Below, one piece after another: positions 1 through 11,464 of a stretch of DNA of 48,524 nucleotides (the stretch's first letter is position 1; every line of letters starts with the position of its first letter). The notes beneath the pieces are model-generated. The model had not been told where the DNA came from. It ran no database searches and was given only the letters and a program-made list of their open reading frames with translations. This DNA comes from Thraustochytrium aureum (lineage: Eukaryota): positions 12,120 to 60,643 of the forward strand of contig BLSG01000025.1 in NCBI GenBank assembly GCA_012862495.1. The letters are read 5' to 3'. A program made the position numbers and the translations under genes.

Positions 1-1
1 A

Positions 2-859
2 TGCAAGGTAGCAGAGCTCTTGGGGGAAGACAGCAGCTCGCTCCTTTTCGTTCTCTCAAAGAGCCCCACTCTGTCTGGGAGAGTTGAAGCGCGCCCTGTG
101 GCGTGGCGCCTGGCAGAGTCCGCACTGGCGACACAGGCGCTCTTCTCGTGTAGCCTCGCGACGAGCGCTCTGATAAAGCCGTTTTGGTCGAGCCTCCCAC
201 TCCACGACCAGCGGCGAAGTACGCCCGCGCAGATTGCGAGCTGGATTCTGGCCTTGTTGAATGTGTCGCCTCGGCAGTTTCTGATTGAAGGGGGCGTTGT
301 TCGTATACACGCTGCGGCGATGTCCCAACTCGGGCTAAAATTGGCGACAGCGGCTGCTGCGGCAGCCCAGCTAAGGCAGTTGCGGGTCGAGCGGTTCTGG
401 CGCCGGACGGCCAAAGCGGCCATCGCAACCAAAGCTTTACTAGAGGCGCTGGGGCGGGCCACACGCCGCTCGCTTGCCGCAAAGCGCGTTCAAGCTGCGT
501 GGCGTCGGCGGGCAGCACGCGTTGCGCAACTTCGGCGAAGCTTGGCTGCATGCGTGATCGCCCGTTTTTGGCGAAATGCGCAGAGCTGCGCACGACCCCG
601 AGCAAAACTGAGGCGCCGGCGCTTGCGGCGTCAGGTCCGTCTCGCTAGACGGGCAATCCGAGAGCTCGCCAAGCGGTCCCAGGCCGCGCAGAGCCGGCCC
701 ATGAGCTCCCGCTTTGGGAGAGCGCCACAGGCTTGGTTGTCGAGCCCGAGCGCACGCATTGCGACCGCGATTGACACGCTCGTTGACGCGGTATCCGACT
801 GCACGGCGGACGACCTGTGCCTCGTAGACCTGGACGGCATATCGAGCGACCTCCTTTGA
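2..859 (+). CDS. C-terminal part of a protein with IQ-like calmodulin-binding motifs (gene probably starts left of the window)
   Basis: The frame is open from base 2 to TGA at 857-859. It has IQ-like segments LRVERFWRR, AAKRVQAAWRRRAAR and AACVIARFWRN in a basic helical region. Confidence 0.45.
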   Translation, partial: CKVAELLGEDSSSLLFVLSKSPTLSGRVEARPVAWRLAESALATQALFSCSLATSALIKPFWSSLPLHDQRRSTPAQIASWILALLNVSPRQFLIEGGVVRIHAAAMSQLGLKLATAAAAAAQLRQLRVERFWRRTAKAAIATKALLEALGRATRRSLAAKRVQAAWRRRAARVAQLRRSLAACVIARFWRNAQSCARPRAKLRRRRLRRQVRLARRAIRELAKRSQAAQSRPMSSRFGRAPQAWLSSPSARIATAIDTLVDAVSDCTADDLCLVDLDGISSDLL

Positions 860-1281
860 TCGCTCTCGCATTCGGTTGACGCTTTGGAGCGGCCGAGTTG
901 TAGCCATCGATGCGTCCTTGCAGTGATTTCAAGGTCAAGATTGATTGATGCATGGATGCATCAATTTGAAGGCCCACGTCACCAGCTGGCCCAGTGTACG
1001 CGCGCACTGCGCTGCGGAGTAGTCTGCAGACAGAAGCTCGCTCCAAGCCCCATTTTCAACTCTGCCTCGTCGCTGCCTCGCATCGTTTGCGTTCCCGCCC
1101 TCCACTGTCCGACGGACTGGGCGCGGACCTCAAAAAAAGAGAGCAGATACCGGTACACACTTTGCAGTGCATCTTGAGTGAGCGAGCACTGCAAGGCGCG
1201 GTGGCATACGCGCGCAGTCAGTCGTTGCCGACAGGGCGTGGAGTGCTGTACGGGTCTAGTAGTACCTGCGCAGTAGGTAGA

Positions 1282-1390
1282 GTACCAGCTCCGCTGCCGA
1301 CTTGCGCCGTAGGTACCAGCTCCGCTGCCGACTTGCGCCGTAGGTACCAGCTCCGCTCGGCAGCGCCAAGCTTGCGCCGTACCAGCTCCG
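1282..1390. repeat. 31-bp minisatellite, about 3.5 copies (GTACCAGCTCCGCTGCCGACTTGCGCCGTAG)
   Basis: GTACCAGCTCCG starts at 1282, 1313, 1344 and 1379. The first two units are identical and there are no unique spacers. Confidence 0.9.
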
Positions 1391-1452
1391 GAGTCCGCCA
1401 GCGCGCGCAGGAGCGGGCGGGCGGCCCCTGCAAGACGCCGCGACAGGGCGCG

Positions 1453-2864
1453 ATGGAGGACCCCGGCGACGCGCAGGCTGCTCCAGGCGCGGCGTCGGAA
1501 ACGCAGGTGCGGCGCCTGTTCTTCCAGCTGCTCGGCAGCTCAGGTCCGAGAGGGCCAGGCAGGGCGACGAAAAGCAAGTCGCTCTGAGGAGGCGATGGAG
1601 CGCGCTGACGCTTCGCGGTCAAAGTCGCTACAGGCCGAGCGAGACGCGGCCAGCCAGCTCGCGAATCGGCGCTTCGTCGGTGGGTCGCGCGGAACAGAGG
1701 AGGGCTCGGCCAAAGGAGGGAAGGCAGCAGAGAAGACGCATCAGGCCGCCTTGCGCAAGCCACTACGCAACCAGCCGAGCGCCCTGGTTGGAGGCTGCGC
1801 GAAGCGCTCCTCCACTTTGCTGCAGCCGTTGTAGGTACCCGATCTGCCAGCCACGCGACACATGGGGTCCTGGCCAGGACGGCGGCCCTGAGGCGGTGCT
1901 CTGCGACGGCGATCCAAAGCGCGACTCTGAGATCTACACGACAAGGAGCTCTACCTTGTGTGGATCTCAGCGCTACTTCTTTTCGGCGCGCGGACACGGT
2001 GGCTTGTCCTATGGGGCATGTGCCGCGGTTTGTCCCGGCTGCAATGTGTGGCTAGGGATGACCTTCCTCTCCGTCGCGTTTGACCCTGTTGGAGCCGCCT
2101 CTGGCTCGCCGGGGGAGTGCATCGAGGCAACCTTTGTCGACGAAGACGGCAATCTGTGCCCGCAGTGGGGCGAGGCCCACTTCGCCGCGCTGCACCACAG
2201 CAACATGGCTTTAGAATCCCTTGAGCCAGACGCAGAGGCCGAGCCAAGTCGGCACATGCGAGGCACAGACACTCCAGGCTGGGCAGGGCCTGAAGGATTT
2301 GGAGAAGCGCCTTCGATCATAGCAAGAACAGCCTTGTACAAGACTCCGCGGGTGATAGCGCCCACGCAGGCGTTCCTTGCGGGTCTTGGCATCCCGATTG
2401 TTGGGGACTCGGCTTCGAGTAGGGTAATTTCTGTCAGGGAGCTCAACCGAACAGTCCTGTGCGGTCGCTACCTTTCGCTTCGAGGGCCTCAGCGGCTCGA
2501 GCCGAGCCCGGGCGACCGCGGCATAGAAGCCATTCGTTGCGGCATAGCGAACGGGGGGCTGCAGTGCGGCGCAGTCTTGTCGGATGCCTCGCAGATCCTT
2601 TGCACAAAGCGGTCTTGGGTTGGGCCAGACGGGCAGGCTGTGAGCTCGATCTATCTGAACGGCTTGCGAGCGGAGGCCTTCAACGAGGAAAACCCTAGGC
2701 TCGAGCAGCTCGCCCAAGGCAAGTTTGAGATGGCAGACGTCGTCTGCCGCCGTTGCGGTACTCTGGTTGGTTATCGGTTTCTTCGGGACTGCTCGGAGGG
2801 CTGCACAAACGCATTCCAGACGGGCCGATTTGGCCTGTTGTCGACTTGCATCACACTACAGTAG
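1453..2864 (+). CDS. Protein with two Yippee/Mis18-type zinc-binding domains; probable 5' introns
   Basis: The C-terminal segment RLEQLAQGKFEMADVVCRRCGTLVGYRF...NAFQTGRFGLL matches the Yippee pattern. An N-terminal unit LCCSRCRYPI...VCPGCNVWLGMTF has the same CxxC...CxxCxxxLG layout. Candidate ATG at 1453 and intron 1507-1633 (GTGCGG...GCTGAC...TACAG). A second intron near 1680-1774 is unresolved. Confidence 0.7.
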
Positions 2865-3335
2865 CTAGAGACAGTGCTCGAGAGGGCGGCCCGGGGGCGG
2901 AAAGGCGCCCAGCCAAACAGAGCAGACCGGACTGAGCAAGGACGACCTCTGCACCGACTGACTACCTCTCTGCCGCCAGTCATGCGCTCCATGGCATCGT
3001 GATGACCTCCGGCAGTTCCCTATCGCGAGCCAACGCCACGCACAGTTGCCACCCACCTCGACTAGCTCGCACCCAAGTCGCTCTCTGCTAGTCATGGACG
3101 ATTGCGCTCGCGTCCATTTTGCAGTTCACACGTGTCGCGGTGCCTCAGTCTTGCCGGCTGGGCGTGACTGCGCAAGCGGAGACAGGCAAGTCGTGAGAAG
3201 CCTTCGCCGAGGACTGCAAGGCCGTGGCAGCTGGTCAGAGGTCAGGAGTCGGCGCATTGGCAGAAGCGTTAGAACAGAGTATGTAGAAATTTAAGTGTAG
3301 CACGGCTCCAGCTCCTCTCGCTTCGCGCCATGAGC

Positions 3336-5613
3336 TCAGGGCTTGCGGATGCAGTAAAAGTCCGCCCCGCCAATCCACCCTCCAGCACGCTTCCACGGCT
3401 TGGAGAGCTTGAGCAGCGCAAGAGGCAAGCCCGCTTGATCGGTCCCAAGCTTGATGAATTCGCGGCCTGCGTCCGCGGTGGCCAGATCGGGCGAAGAACC
3501 ACTAGCGTCAGCGGCAGCCGGTTCGTGTTCTGCTGCCACCACTCCCACGTCAGCGGTGGCCGGGGGCGCGGGAGGAAGCGCATCGAGAAACGGGACCTCA
3601 GCGAGCTCGACTGCGGTGACCTCGTCGGCGGACCCCTCGCGCTTGGCTGGTTTTGAAAAAGGCAAAGGGAGCGGGTTGATACCAGACTGGCCCCGCGGCG
3701 CCACAACAGGGCGGTCGAGCCCGAACACTCGGCGGAAGGTCGTGTGCGGCACGATCGCCGCGTTGGCTATTCCCTTGCTGTGGCGCGAGGAGAGCGAAAT
3801 GCTTGTCGGCGGGGCGGCAGCGAGGCCCTTTTCATGCGCCGTCTTCTTGGCCCCTTTGCTGCGGACATTTCCGCGGGGCACGAAGAGCGACGACTCCATG
3901 TAGCGCACGTTGAGGAAGGCGTTCGCCGAGGCGTCGTAGCGGTTGAAGTGGCGGTAGTGATTGACAATCAGCTCGCGGTAGCTCGCCGGGGCATGCTTGC
4001 GACCTCCCTTGAGCGGGAAAACTGGCCACCGTACAAGTTGACGCCGTCGGGGAGGCGCACAATGGAGCTCTTCCCGCCCTCGGGTGCGGCGCCACCGTCT
4101 TGATCGGCCTGGCCGTCATCCTCCTGAGGCGCAGAGCAGCTCGCACGCTGCTTGTCCCACTTGTTCATGTGGCAGTACCACTTCTCCGGAAGCCTATCCA
4201 CGTCTACCTCGGGCGGGAGCTTGCGCCACTGCTGGCAAGTCTCGCACATGACCCAATTCCAGTTCTTGCCGCCCGTCTTGTTCATGCTGTTGTTCGTGTT
4301 CTTGTTGTCCACGTTGCGCAGCATGTTGCTGCTGATGCTCGGCCGCATACTGCCTTGCTTTGCCGAAGTAGTGGGCGGTGGCAGCGCTTGCGAGGCTGAG
4401 GTTTTGGCTCGCTTGACTTTTGCCTGGCCCATGCCGGCGGCCTTTTTGCTCGCCCTCCGGACTCCCGAATTCTTTTCGCTGGTGCGCGAGAGCCCGGAGG
4501 CGCTGCGAGCGTCGAGCTCTGCAGCGCTCCTTTTCTTTCGCTTCCTGTCTTCGCGATCCTCGCGCTCGGCCATCTCCTCCTCGTCTTCCTTCTGCGGGGC
4601 GGCGCAAGTTGCAAATGCCTTTTCCCACGTGTTCATGTGGCAATACCATCGTTTGGGGAGCGACTTGGTCATTCTCTTGGGGATATCGCGCCACTTCTTG
4701 CACTTGTCGCACTGAACCCACGTCATGGCGACCACTTTGCTTCCAGCGTCCTCCTGCTCCTCCGTAGCGCCGCCCTCGTCGTCCTTCTCCGTCGCGCGCT
4801 GCGGGCCTTGCGCATTCCCGGTGCCGGCGGGTTTGCGGCCGCCTGGGTGGGGCTGTTGCTCGCCATCTTGCGGCTCCTTTTTGGGGCTGCCGGGTGTCCC
4901 AGATTGTGTGTTGTTCTGGGGCAGGCCACCGCCGGTCTTTGGTGGCGGCGGGGGCGGCGGTGGCGAGGCCGGGGGTCGAGCGCCAGCCTCTACGCCTCTG
5001 GCGTTCCCATCCGAGCCCTTGGAGGCCGCCTCGCCAGCATCGCCATGCTGGGCAGTGCCTGTTTCCTGGTCCTCGCTGGGCGGCTTTGACTTTTTGGAGA
5101 CAGTTTCCCGGCTGCGCTTGCGCTCCAACGGCGATGCGGCGGTGGCAGAGCCTCCCGGCTTGTGCGCTTGCGGCGACCGGCGGGGGCGGCGGCGGCGGCG
5201 GGGGCAGTGCACCTTGCTCGATTGAAGACATGGCGCCTAGCGAGCTGCCTCTACTCGCGCCTGCCCTGCCAGGTGGGGTCTCGCTCGTTCCAGGGGGCTG
5301 GGGATCGGTTGCGTTGCTCTGACCGTCGGGCTGTGCTGCAGCAGCCTGTCCTGGCTTTGCGGGCCGTCCTGCCACGCCGCTGCTCTCTCGGGGTCCAGTG
5401 AGCAGTTGAGATTCCAGCGCGGCGCGCTCGCCTGCGGCGCTGTTGGCCTCTTCGCCCTCGACAGAAGGCGCCTCTTGTGCACTCGCTAAAATAATGCGTC
5501 GGAGCGTGGTCATGCTTTGGCGGTGCTGGCAAGTGCGCGCGCAGTCATGCCACACCGTGGGCCGGTCCTCCGCAAGGGTTTGGGCGACGGGCGATCCGCT
5601 CACTCGACGGTGC
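3336..5613 (-). CDS. Chromatin protein with two CW-type zinc fingers (5' end in gap; two apparent frameshifts)
   Basis: zf-CW motifs WVQCDKCKKWRDIP...WYCHMNTW...CAAPQ and WVMCETCQQWRKLP...WYCHMNKW...CSAPQE. Protein-like reading continues across frame changes near 5178 and 4018-4021 (then FPLKGGRKHAPASYRELIVNHYRHF...). Candidate intron 5603-5526 (GTGAGC...TGAC...TTGCCAG). Confidence 0.8.
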
Positions 5614-6203
5614 NNNNNNNNNNNNNNNNNNNNNNNNNNNNNNNNNNNNNNNNNNNNNNNNNNNNNNNNNNNNNNNNNNNNNNNNNNNNNNNNNNNNNNN
5701 NNNNNNNNNNNNNNNNNNNNNNNNNNNNNNNNNNNNNNNNNNNNNNNNNNNNNNNNNNNNNNNNNNNNNNNNNNNNNNNNNNNNNNNNNNNNNNNNNNNN
5801 NNNNNNNNNNNNNNNNNNNNNNNNNNNNNNNNNNNNNNNNNNNNNNNNNNNNNNNNNNNNNNNNNNNNNNNNNNNNNNNNNNNNNNNNNNNNNNNNNNNN
5901 NNNNNNNNNNNNNNNNNNNNNNNNGGGAAAAAGCGGAGGACGCACTACTAGTAGTAGCGAAGTAGTAGTTGGACCGCTCTCCCCTCCATTCCTCCTCATG
6001 AGTAGCGCGAGCGGACCAAGCTGGCGTGAAACGGCCTGCTGCAGGACGATACTGCATGCAAAGCACCAGCCAGCAAGCCAGCCGGCCAGCAACAGCTTCG
6101 CGCAGCGCGAGGTAGGTAGGCAGGCAGGGAGGATCGGGTCAATTTGGGTGTGGTATGTGAACATGCTTTATGTTGTTTCGGTTTTGCAAGGGGCGAGCGG
6201 TCC

Positions 6204-8397
6204 CTACGGCAACGTCGTCGCGCCCTCCCCCTCGTGCTCCGGCAACAAGTCGAGCGCGCAGGAACGCTGGGCGACGCGCGGCGGCACCGAGAAGTTGCTG
6301 GCCAGCGTGCTAGGCGGGACTGGCGGCGGCGACGCGTAGGCCATGGACGGCGCGTAGTTGTCCGAGACGTTGGACAGCGTGCCGAGCGACATGTTGCCCA
6401 GCTGAACGCTCGGAGGGCCTCCGCCGTCTCCACCAAGCGGGAGGTCGCCAGAGTCCCCCTCCGCCCAGTTCATCATAGAGTCCAAAAAGTCAAGACCCTC
6501 AAGGTTGTTGTCCGGGTAGTCCTGGGTTGGGTCGCTCGTCTCTCGCAGGTGCTGGCTGAATGCCCCCGGCGTTCCGTACGGCGTGCCCGGCTCCGAGTAC
6601 TGCAGGTACTGCTGAGGCTGCTGGTGGTAGGCAGAGTGGCGGTCCCCCTGACTCGAGCCACCGGTGTTGTGCGTGTAGCCCGTCTGTTGGCTCACGCCGC
6701 TCGTGACCGACGTGGCATCGTCTTCGCCGGTGTAGTCGCGCGACTCTGAAAAGGTCGGCATCATGGGCTCCGTTGGGCGGCCCGCATTCGACCTTTGGCC
6801 CGGAAGCTGGATGCGGTACGAGTCCGCCCCGCTAGAGTCTTGGCCAGCAAAGCTGACCAGGCGGCGCTTCTCGCCGCAGCCCTGCGTTCCGCGAAACAGG
6901 CGCGGGACGGTCGGCATTGTCGGATCAAAGCCAAAAAAGATGTCCACCTCGGTGCGCTCCAAGCTCAAGTACTCGCGGTGCACGCACTTGAGAACGCACT
7001 CTACGATGTCGCCGTTCTTGGTCTCAAACTCGAAAATATGCGTAGAGAGGGCCTGGCGGGTGGCGGGAAACTTTGCCGGGCGGCCGATGCTGTTAAACTT
7101 GAGCGCCAGGATCCGCATAAAGAACAATAGGTCATGGTCGTTGGCCATGATGAGCGCCAAGAGGTCGCAACCCCAAGGCAGGAGACCGCCAAAAAGCCGC
7201 TCGAGCACGACCATGATGTCGCGCGTCGTGTAGCCGAAGAGCGCGGTGAACTCTTCGTTCACCTCGACTTCGAAGCGCTCGTGAGTGGCGCGCAGGTTCA
7301 TGAAGCACGACTTGGATCGCATCGCCTCAATCTCGCGGTCGACGGGCGAGTCGGCAATGTCGTCGCAATAGAAGCCCCTCGTAGAGTACACCTGGGCGCC
7401 CTTGCTGCGCTTGCGCTTCGAGTTGGAGTTGGCGGGGGCTTCGTTGACGGCCATCTTCGGGCCCTTCATGGGGTTGATCGGCGGCAGCTTCTGGCCGCTC
7501 ACCTCGTCGATGACGTTGGCTGGCACCTTGGCGTAGTCTGCCGGGTCGTGCGGCTTCACCTCGACGCCCTTTTTCCGCATCCATGCGTCGAGCTTTTCCT
7601 GGCCTTCGCGGTTGCCGTTGCTCAGCAGGAATGTGCTCATCTTGTTGAGCTGGTATGTGAACCACTCGCGGCAGCACGACTGCGGGGTCGCGTGGTGCTT
7701 GTAGATTGCGAAAAACGTCTGGAAGATGCGCCGCTCCACGCTCTCTAGGCCAAACTTGGCCCCGAAATCCTCGCACTTGTTGATCGGGTTCATGACAACC
7801 TGGCCCCAGNNNNNNNNNNNNNNNNNNNNNNNNNNNNNNNNNNNNNNNNNNNNNNNNNNNNNNNNNNNNNNNNNNNNNNNNNNNNNNNNNNNNNNNNNNN
7901 NNNNNNNNNNNNNNNNNNNNNNNNNNNNNNNNNNNNNNNNNNNNNNNNNNNNNNNNNNNNNNNNNNNNNNNNNNNNNNNNNNNNNNNNNNNNNNNNNNNN
8001 NNNNNNNNNNNNNNNNNNNNNNNNNNNNNNNNNNNNNNNNNNNNNNNNNNNNNNNNNNNNNNNNNNNNNNNNNNNNNNNNNNNNNNNNNNNNNNNNNNNN
8101 NNNNNNNNNNNNNNNNNNNNNNNNNNNNNNNNNNNNNNNNNNNNNNNNNNNNNNNNNNNNNNNNNNNNNNNNNNNGAGCAACGCTCGCACGACGACTTGA
8201 CCTTGCCCTTGCGGTTCATCTCGACGTCGTCGTCGTCGTCGTCCTCGCAGGTGCCGTTCGGGCCGCAGCAGTCCTTGACTTCTGGGTCGCAGAACGGCGG
8301 CGGCGGGGGCTGCCTCGGCCCTTCAACCTTGATGGCCACTTGGCCCGTCTCCACCAAGTCCATGGTCGGCGCAGGGCACGAGGCCAGCGAGGTCACG
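6204..8397 (-). CDS. Putative Zn(II)2Cys6-type transcription factor with PAS-like domain
   Basis: KGKVKSSCERC immediately before the gap at 8174 resembles the start of a Zn2Cys6 cluster. VEVNEEFTALFGYTTRDI...FETKNGDIVECVL resembles a PAS core. The C-terminus is acidic and Ser/Pro-rich (DFLDSMMNW). A splice acceptor TGAC...TTGCCAG lies at 8400-8398 and an in-frame ATG at 8363. Confidence 0.6.
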
Positions 8398-8479
8398 CTG
8401 GCAAGCGCAGGCGTCGGTCACTCGGAGGAGGCCCGCAGCGCGCGCCTCGCTCGGCCAGAGCAAGCGAGCGAGCGAGCAA

Positions 8480-8538
<59 letters not shown>

Positions 8539-8539
8539 T
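8480..8539. repeat. (CGTG)n microsatellite
   Basis: About 15 uninterrupted tetranucleotide units. Confidence 0.95.
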
Positions 8540-9005
8540 CCTTCCTCAGGCCCGCGTTCAGGCCACCCGCGCGCACGAAAACTGGCAGGAAAGGTCTCTG
8601 GTGGCGGGCTGCTCTCACTCTGGCAGAATCGGAGCCCCTGTTCCCAGCAGCGCAAAAGTGTTCTCTCTCAAACTTCGACAAGACCATCAGAGGGGGCGCA
8701 CCGCTTCGCCTCTGCGCAGGTATAACCTTCGCCCTCTCAGGAGACCTTGCATCTTCGCGCGTTGCCTGTGAGGCGGGGCAATTCGACCCGCGAAGGCCCG
8801 CGCCACAGCAGGACGCAAGCGATTGATCAAGATGCCAACTCGCGCGACAGACTCCGAGTCGCACAAGCGCTCCCTCCCTCATCAGAGCCAGTGATGAGCG
8901 AATGACCTCACCACACGGGGCAGGACGCAGGCCGGCTGGGAGTGGCTGCGGACGACAACAGGTCGTCGGCCGTTCCGTCGCTGGCTCGCCTGGCCTTGGC
9001 CCGGG

Positions 9006-9989
9006 ATGGACCAGTGGTGGGCAGGCCTGGCCTCCGGCGCCGCGGCCGCCCTTGTTGCGGCGCTGGCCTTGCTCTTCGCGTTGATGCGCTTTCGCGGCTG
9101 TGGGCACGGCACCCCGTTCCAACTCGAAGGGCGCGTCGTGGTCGTCACTGGCGCGGCGTCCGGGATAGGGCTCGCGCTCGCCAAGGCGCTGCGCGAGTCG
9201 TATGAGGGATGCGTGGTGGTCATGCTCGACAAAGACGCTGCTCGGCTCCAAGCGGCTGTGGCGCAGGTGAACGCGTCTGGGCGCTCGAGCGGGTCCGCTC
9301 ACGGGCTCACGTGCGATGTCTGCGACAAGTTGGCGCTTGCTGGAGCTCTTGGCGAGGCGAAACGGATCGCGGGCGAGCGCGGGCAGCACGTCTCTGTGCT
9401 GGTCAACAACGCCGGTCTGGTGCGCGGCAAGGCCTGGGACGAGCTATCGGTCGACGAGTTCGAAGCCACCCTGCGACTTGGCACTGTGGCCCACTTTGCG
9501 GCCGTCAAGGAGCTGCTGCCGGCCATGGTGGCCGCAAACGACGGCATGATCGTGACGGTCTCTTCGCTTATGGGGCTTATGCCCGGTTGCAAGCTCGCCG
9601 ATTACTGCGCCTCAAAGTACGGCGCCATGGGACTTCACGAGAGCCTCCGCCTCGAGCTGTGGCAAGACCCCCGAGCCCGCAACGTGCACATGCTGGCTGT
9701 CTGCCCCTACGCGGTCGACACGGGCATGTTTGCTGGCGCTTTCGAGGCCCCGTCGCTGTGGCTCACGCGGCTCGCGTTCCCATTCTTGAAGACTGACGTC
9801 GTTGTCGACCGCATTCTGGAGGCAATGCGCCGCCGGGAGCTGATGCTTGTGATGCCCTGGATTCTCACGCTAGCGCCCTACGTTATCAAGGTCCTCCCCG
9901 TGCCGTGGTGGCAGGCCTGCCTTCAGCTTTTCGGCGCCGGGTCAGGAATGGACACCTTCAAGGGCAGGCAACCGCCGGGACCAGTCTGA
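9006..9989 (+). CDS. Short-chain dehydrogenase/reductase, SDR16C (retinol dehydrogenase/17-beta-HSD11-like), with N-terminal membrane anchor
   Basis: TGAASGIG cofactor motif, NNAG, catalytic S and YCASK, GLHESLRLEL, CPYAVDTGMF and a hydrophobic N-terminus. Confidence 0.92.
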   Translation: MDQWWAGLASGAAAALVAALALLFALMRFRGCGHGTPFQLEGRVVVVTGAASGIGLALAKALRESYEGCVVVMLDKDAARLQAAVAQVNASGRSSGSAHGLTCDVCDKLALAGALGEAKRIAGERGQHVSVLVNNAGLVRGKAWDELSVDEFEATLRLGTVAHFAAVKELLPAMVAANDGMIVTVSSLMGLMPGCKLADYCASKYGAMGLHESLRLELWQDPRARNVHMLAVCPYAVDTGMFAGAFEAPSLWLTRLAFPFLKTDVVVDRILEAMRRRELMLVMPWILTLAPYVIKVLPVPWWQACLQLFGAGSGMDTFKGRQPPGPV

Positions 9990-10308
9990 TTCTGTTGTAG
10001 AGTACTCCTTTAGAACCAAAGACCGGCTTTGATCAGTGAAACGCAGCGCTGGCGCGCCCATGTTGTTTGAGCGCTTTCGGGCTTTCTGGCTCGCGGCTTT
10101 CGCTCGTCGTCCGCTGCGGCCTTGGCGGTGCTGCGGTCCAGCGCGGGCGAGCCACTTGCGCGGCACCCCCGCCAACGGCAAGCTGGCAAGGGAGGCAGAG
10201 GACGACTGGACTGACGTGAATGTCTTTTAAAAGGAAGATAAAATGGTGGGCGCACTTTCCCGAGCGCTCGCAGCCGAGCACGTGCTGACATCGGGTCGAC
10301 ACAGCAAC

Positions 10309-11285
10309 TCAGTGCATCGCGAGGACGCGGCTCTTGATCTTGGCGATCGCCTTGCCCGGGTTGAGATGCTTGGGGCAAGTCTTGGAGCAGTTCATGATAG
10401 TGTGGCACCTGAAAAGCGCAAACGTGTCGTCGAGCTGCTCGAGGCGCTCCTTGGTGGCCTGGTCGCGGCTGTCGTCGATCCACCGGAAGGCCTGCTGGAG
10501 CACGGCCGGGCCCAGGTACTTTTTGCTGTTCCACCAGTAGCTCGGGCACGCCGTGCTGCAGCAAGCGCAGAGGATGCACTCGTACATGCCGTCGAGCTTG
10601 GCGCGGTCCTCCTTGGACTGCAGCGTCTCCTTGCCGTCCGGGTTGGCCTCCTTGCGCTGAAGCCACGGCTTGATAGACTTGTACTGTTCGTAAAAGTTGT
10701 TCATGTCGGGCACGAGGTCCTTGACGATGTGCATGTGCGGGAGCGGGTAGATCGTCGTGGTGGGCTTGTCCGTGATGTGTGCCAAGCACGCTGCGCGCAT
10801 CGAATCGCCCGGCGCCATGTCAGCATGCGCTCGCAGGGCCTTACAAAACACTCCCCTGACACCTCCTCCCCTGCCCTGTGAGAGGCACCGAGCAGGGAAC
10901 GAAAAACACAAGCGAAGCCGAGCTCCGGCGCTGTTCACTACTTACCCAACGTGTTGGATCCATCGATGTTCATCGCGCACGACCCGCAGATGCCCTCGCG
11001 GCACGAGCGGCGGAACGTCAGGGTCGAGTCCTGCTCGTTCTTGATCTTGATGAGCGCGTCGAGCACCATGGGCCCGCACTCGCTCAGGTTGACCGGGAAG
11101 TCCACCATGGTCGGCTTGCCGCCCTTGGTCGGGTCATACCGGTAGATCTTGAAGTGCTTGATGCGCTCCGGCTTGGTCTCTGACAACTTGAGGTCGCCCT
11201 TGGTCGACAGCGCGCGCACGCCCTGCCGCGCCGCAGCGCTGCGCGCCGAGAGCGCCGCGCGCTGGTTCGCGAGCCTCAGCGCCAT
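10309..11285 (-). CDS. SDHB: Succinate dehydrogenase iron-sulfur subunit, mitochondrial; exons 11285-10946 and 10790-10309
   Basis: Motifs [37 protein letters not shown] and [18 protein letters not shown]. The N-terminus is an Arg/Ala-rich presequence. Splicing gives NTL-A-CLAHI. Confidence 0.98.
10791..10945 (-). other. Spliceosomal intron of SDHB (155 bp, phase 1)
   Basis: GTAAGT donor, GCTGAC branch point and GCAG acceptor. Removal restores the conserved NTLAC motif. Confidence 0.93.
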
Positions 11286-11364
11286 CCCGTCTCGTCCGCC
11301 TCGCCTCCGCCCTGCCGCCTGTCCGCTCTACTCCCTCTCGCGCCCTCGCGCCCTGCCGCTGTCG

Positions 11365-11428
11365 CCTGCTGCTGCCTGCCTGCCTGCCCGCCTGCCTGCC
11401 TGCTTGCCCGCCTGCCTGCTGTTCTGTC

Positions 11429-11461
<33 letters not shown>
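11365..11461. repeat. Compound (CTGC)n/(TGC)n microsatellite upstream of SDHB
   Basis: Imperfect CTGC units followed by about 10 TGC units at 11431-11461. Confidence 0.9.

Positions 11462-11464
<3 letters not shown>

Noticed and set aside
1282..1390. CRISPR-like 31-bp repeats
   Set aside because: The units are directly adjacent with no unique spacers, there are no cas genes, and the context is eukaryotic.
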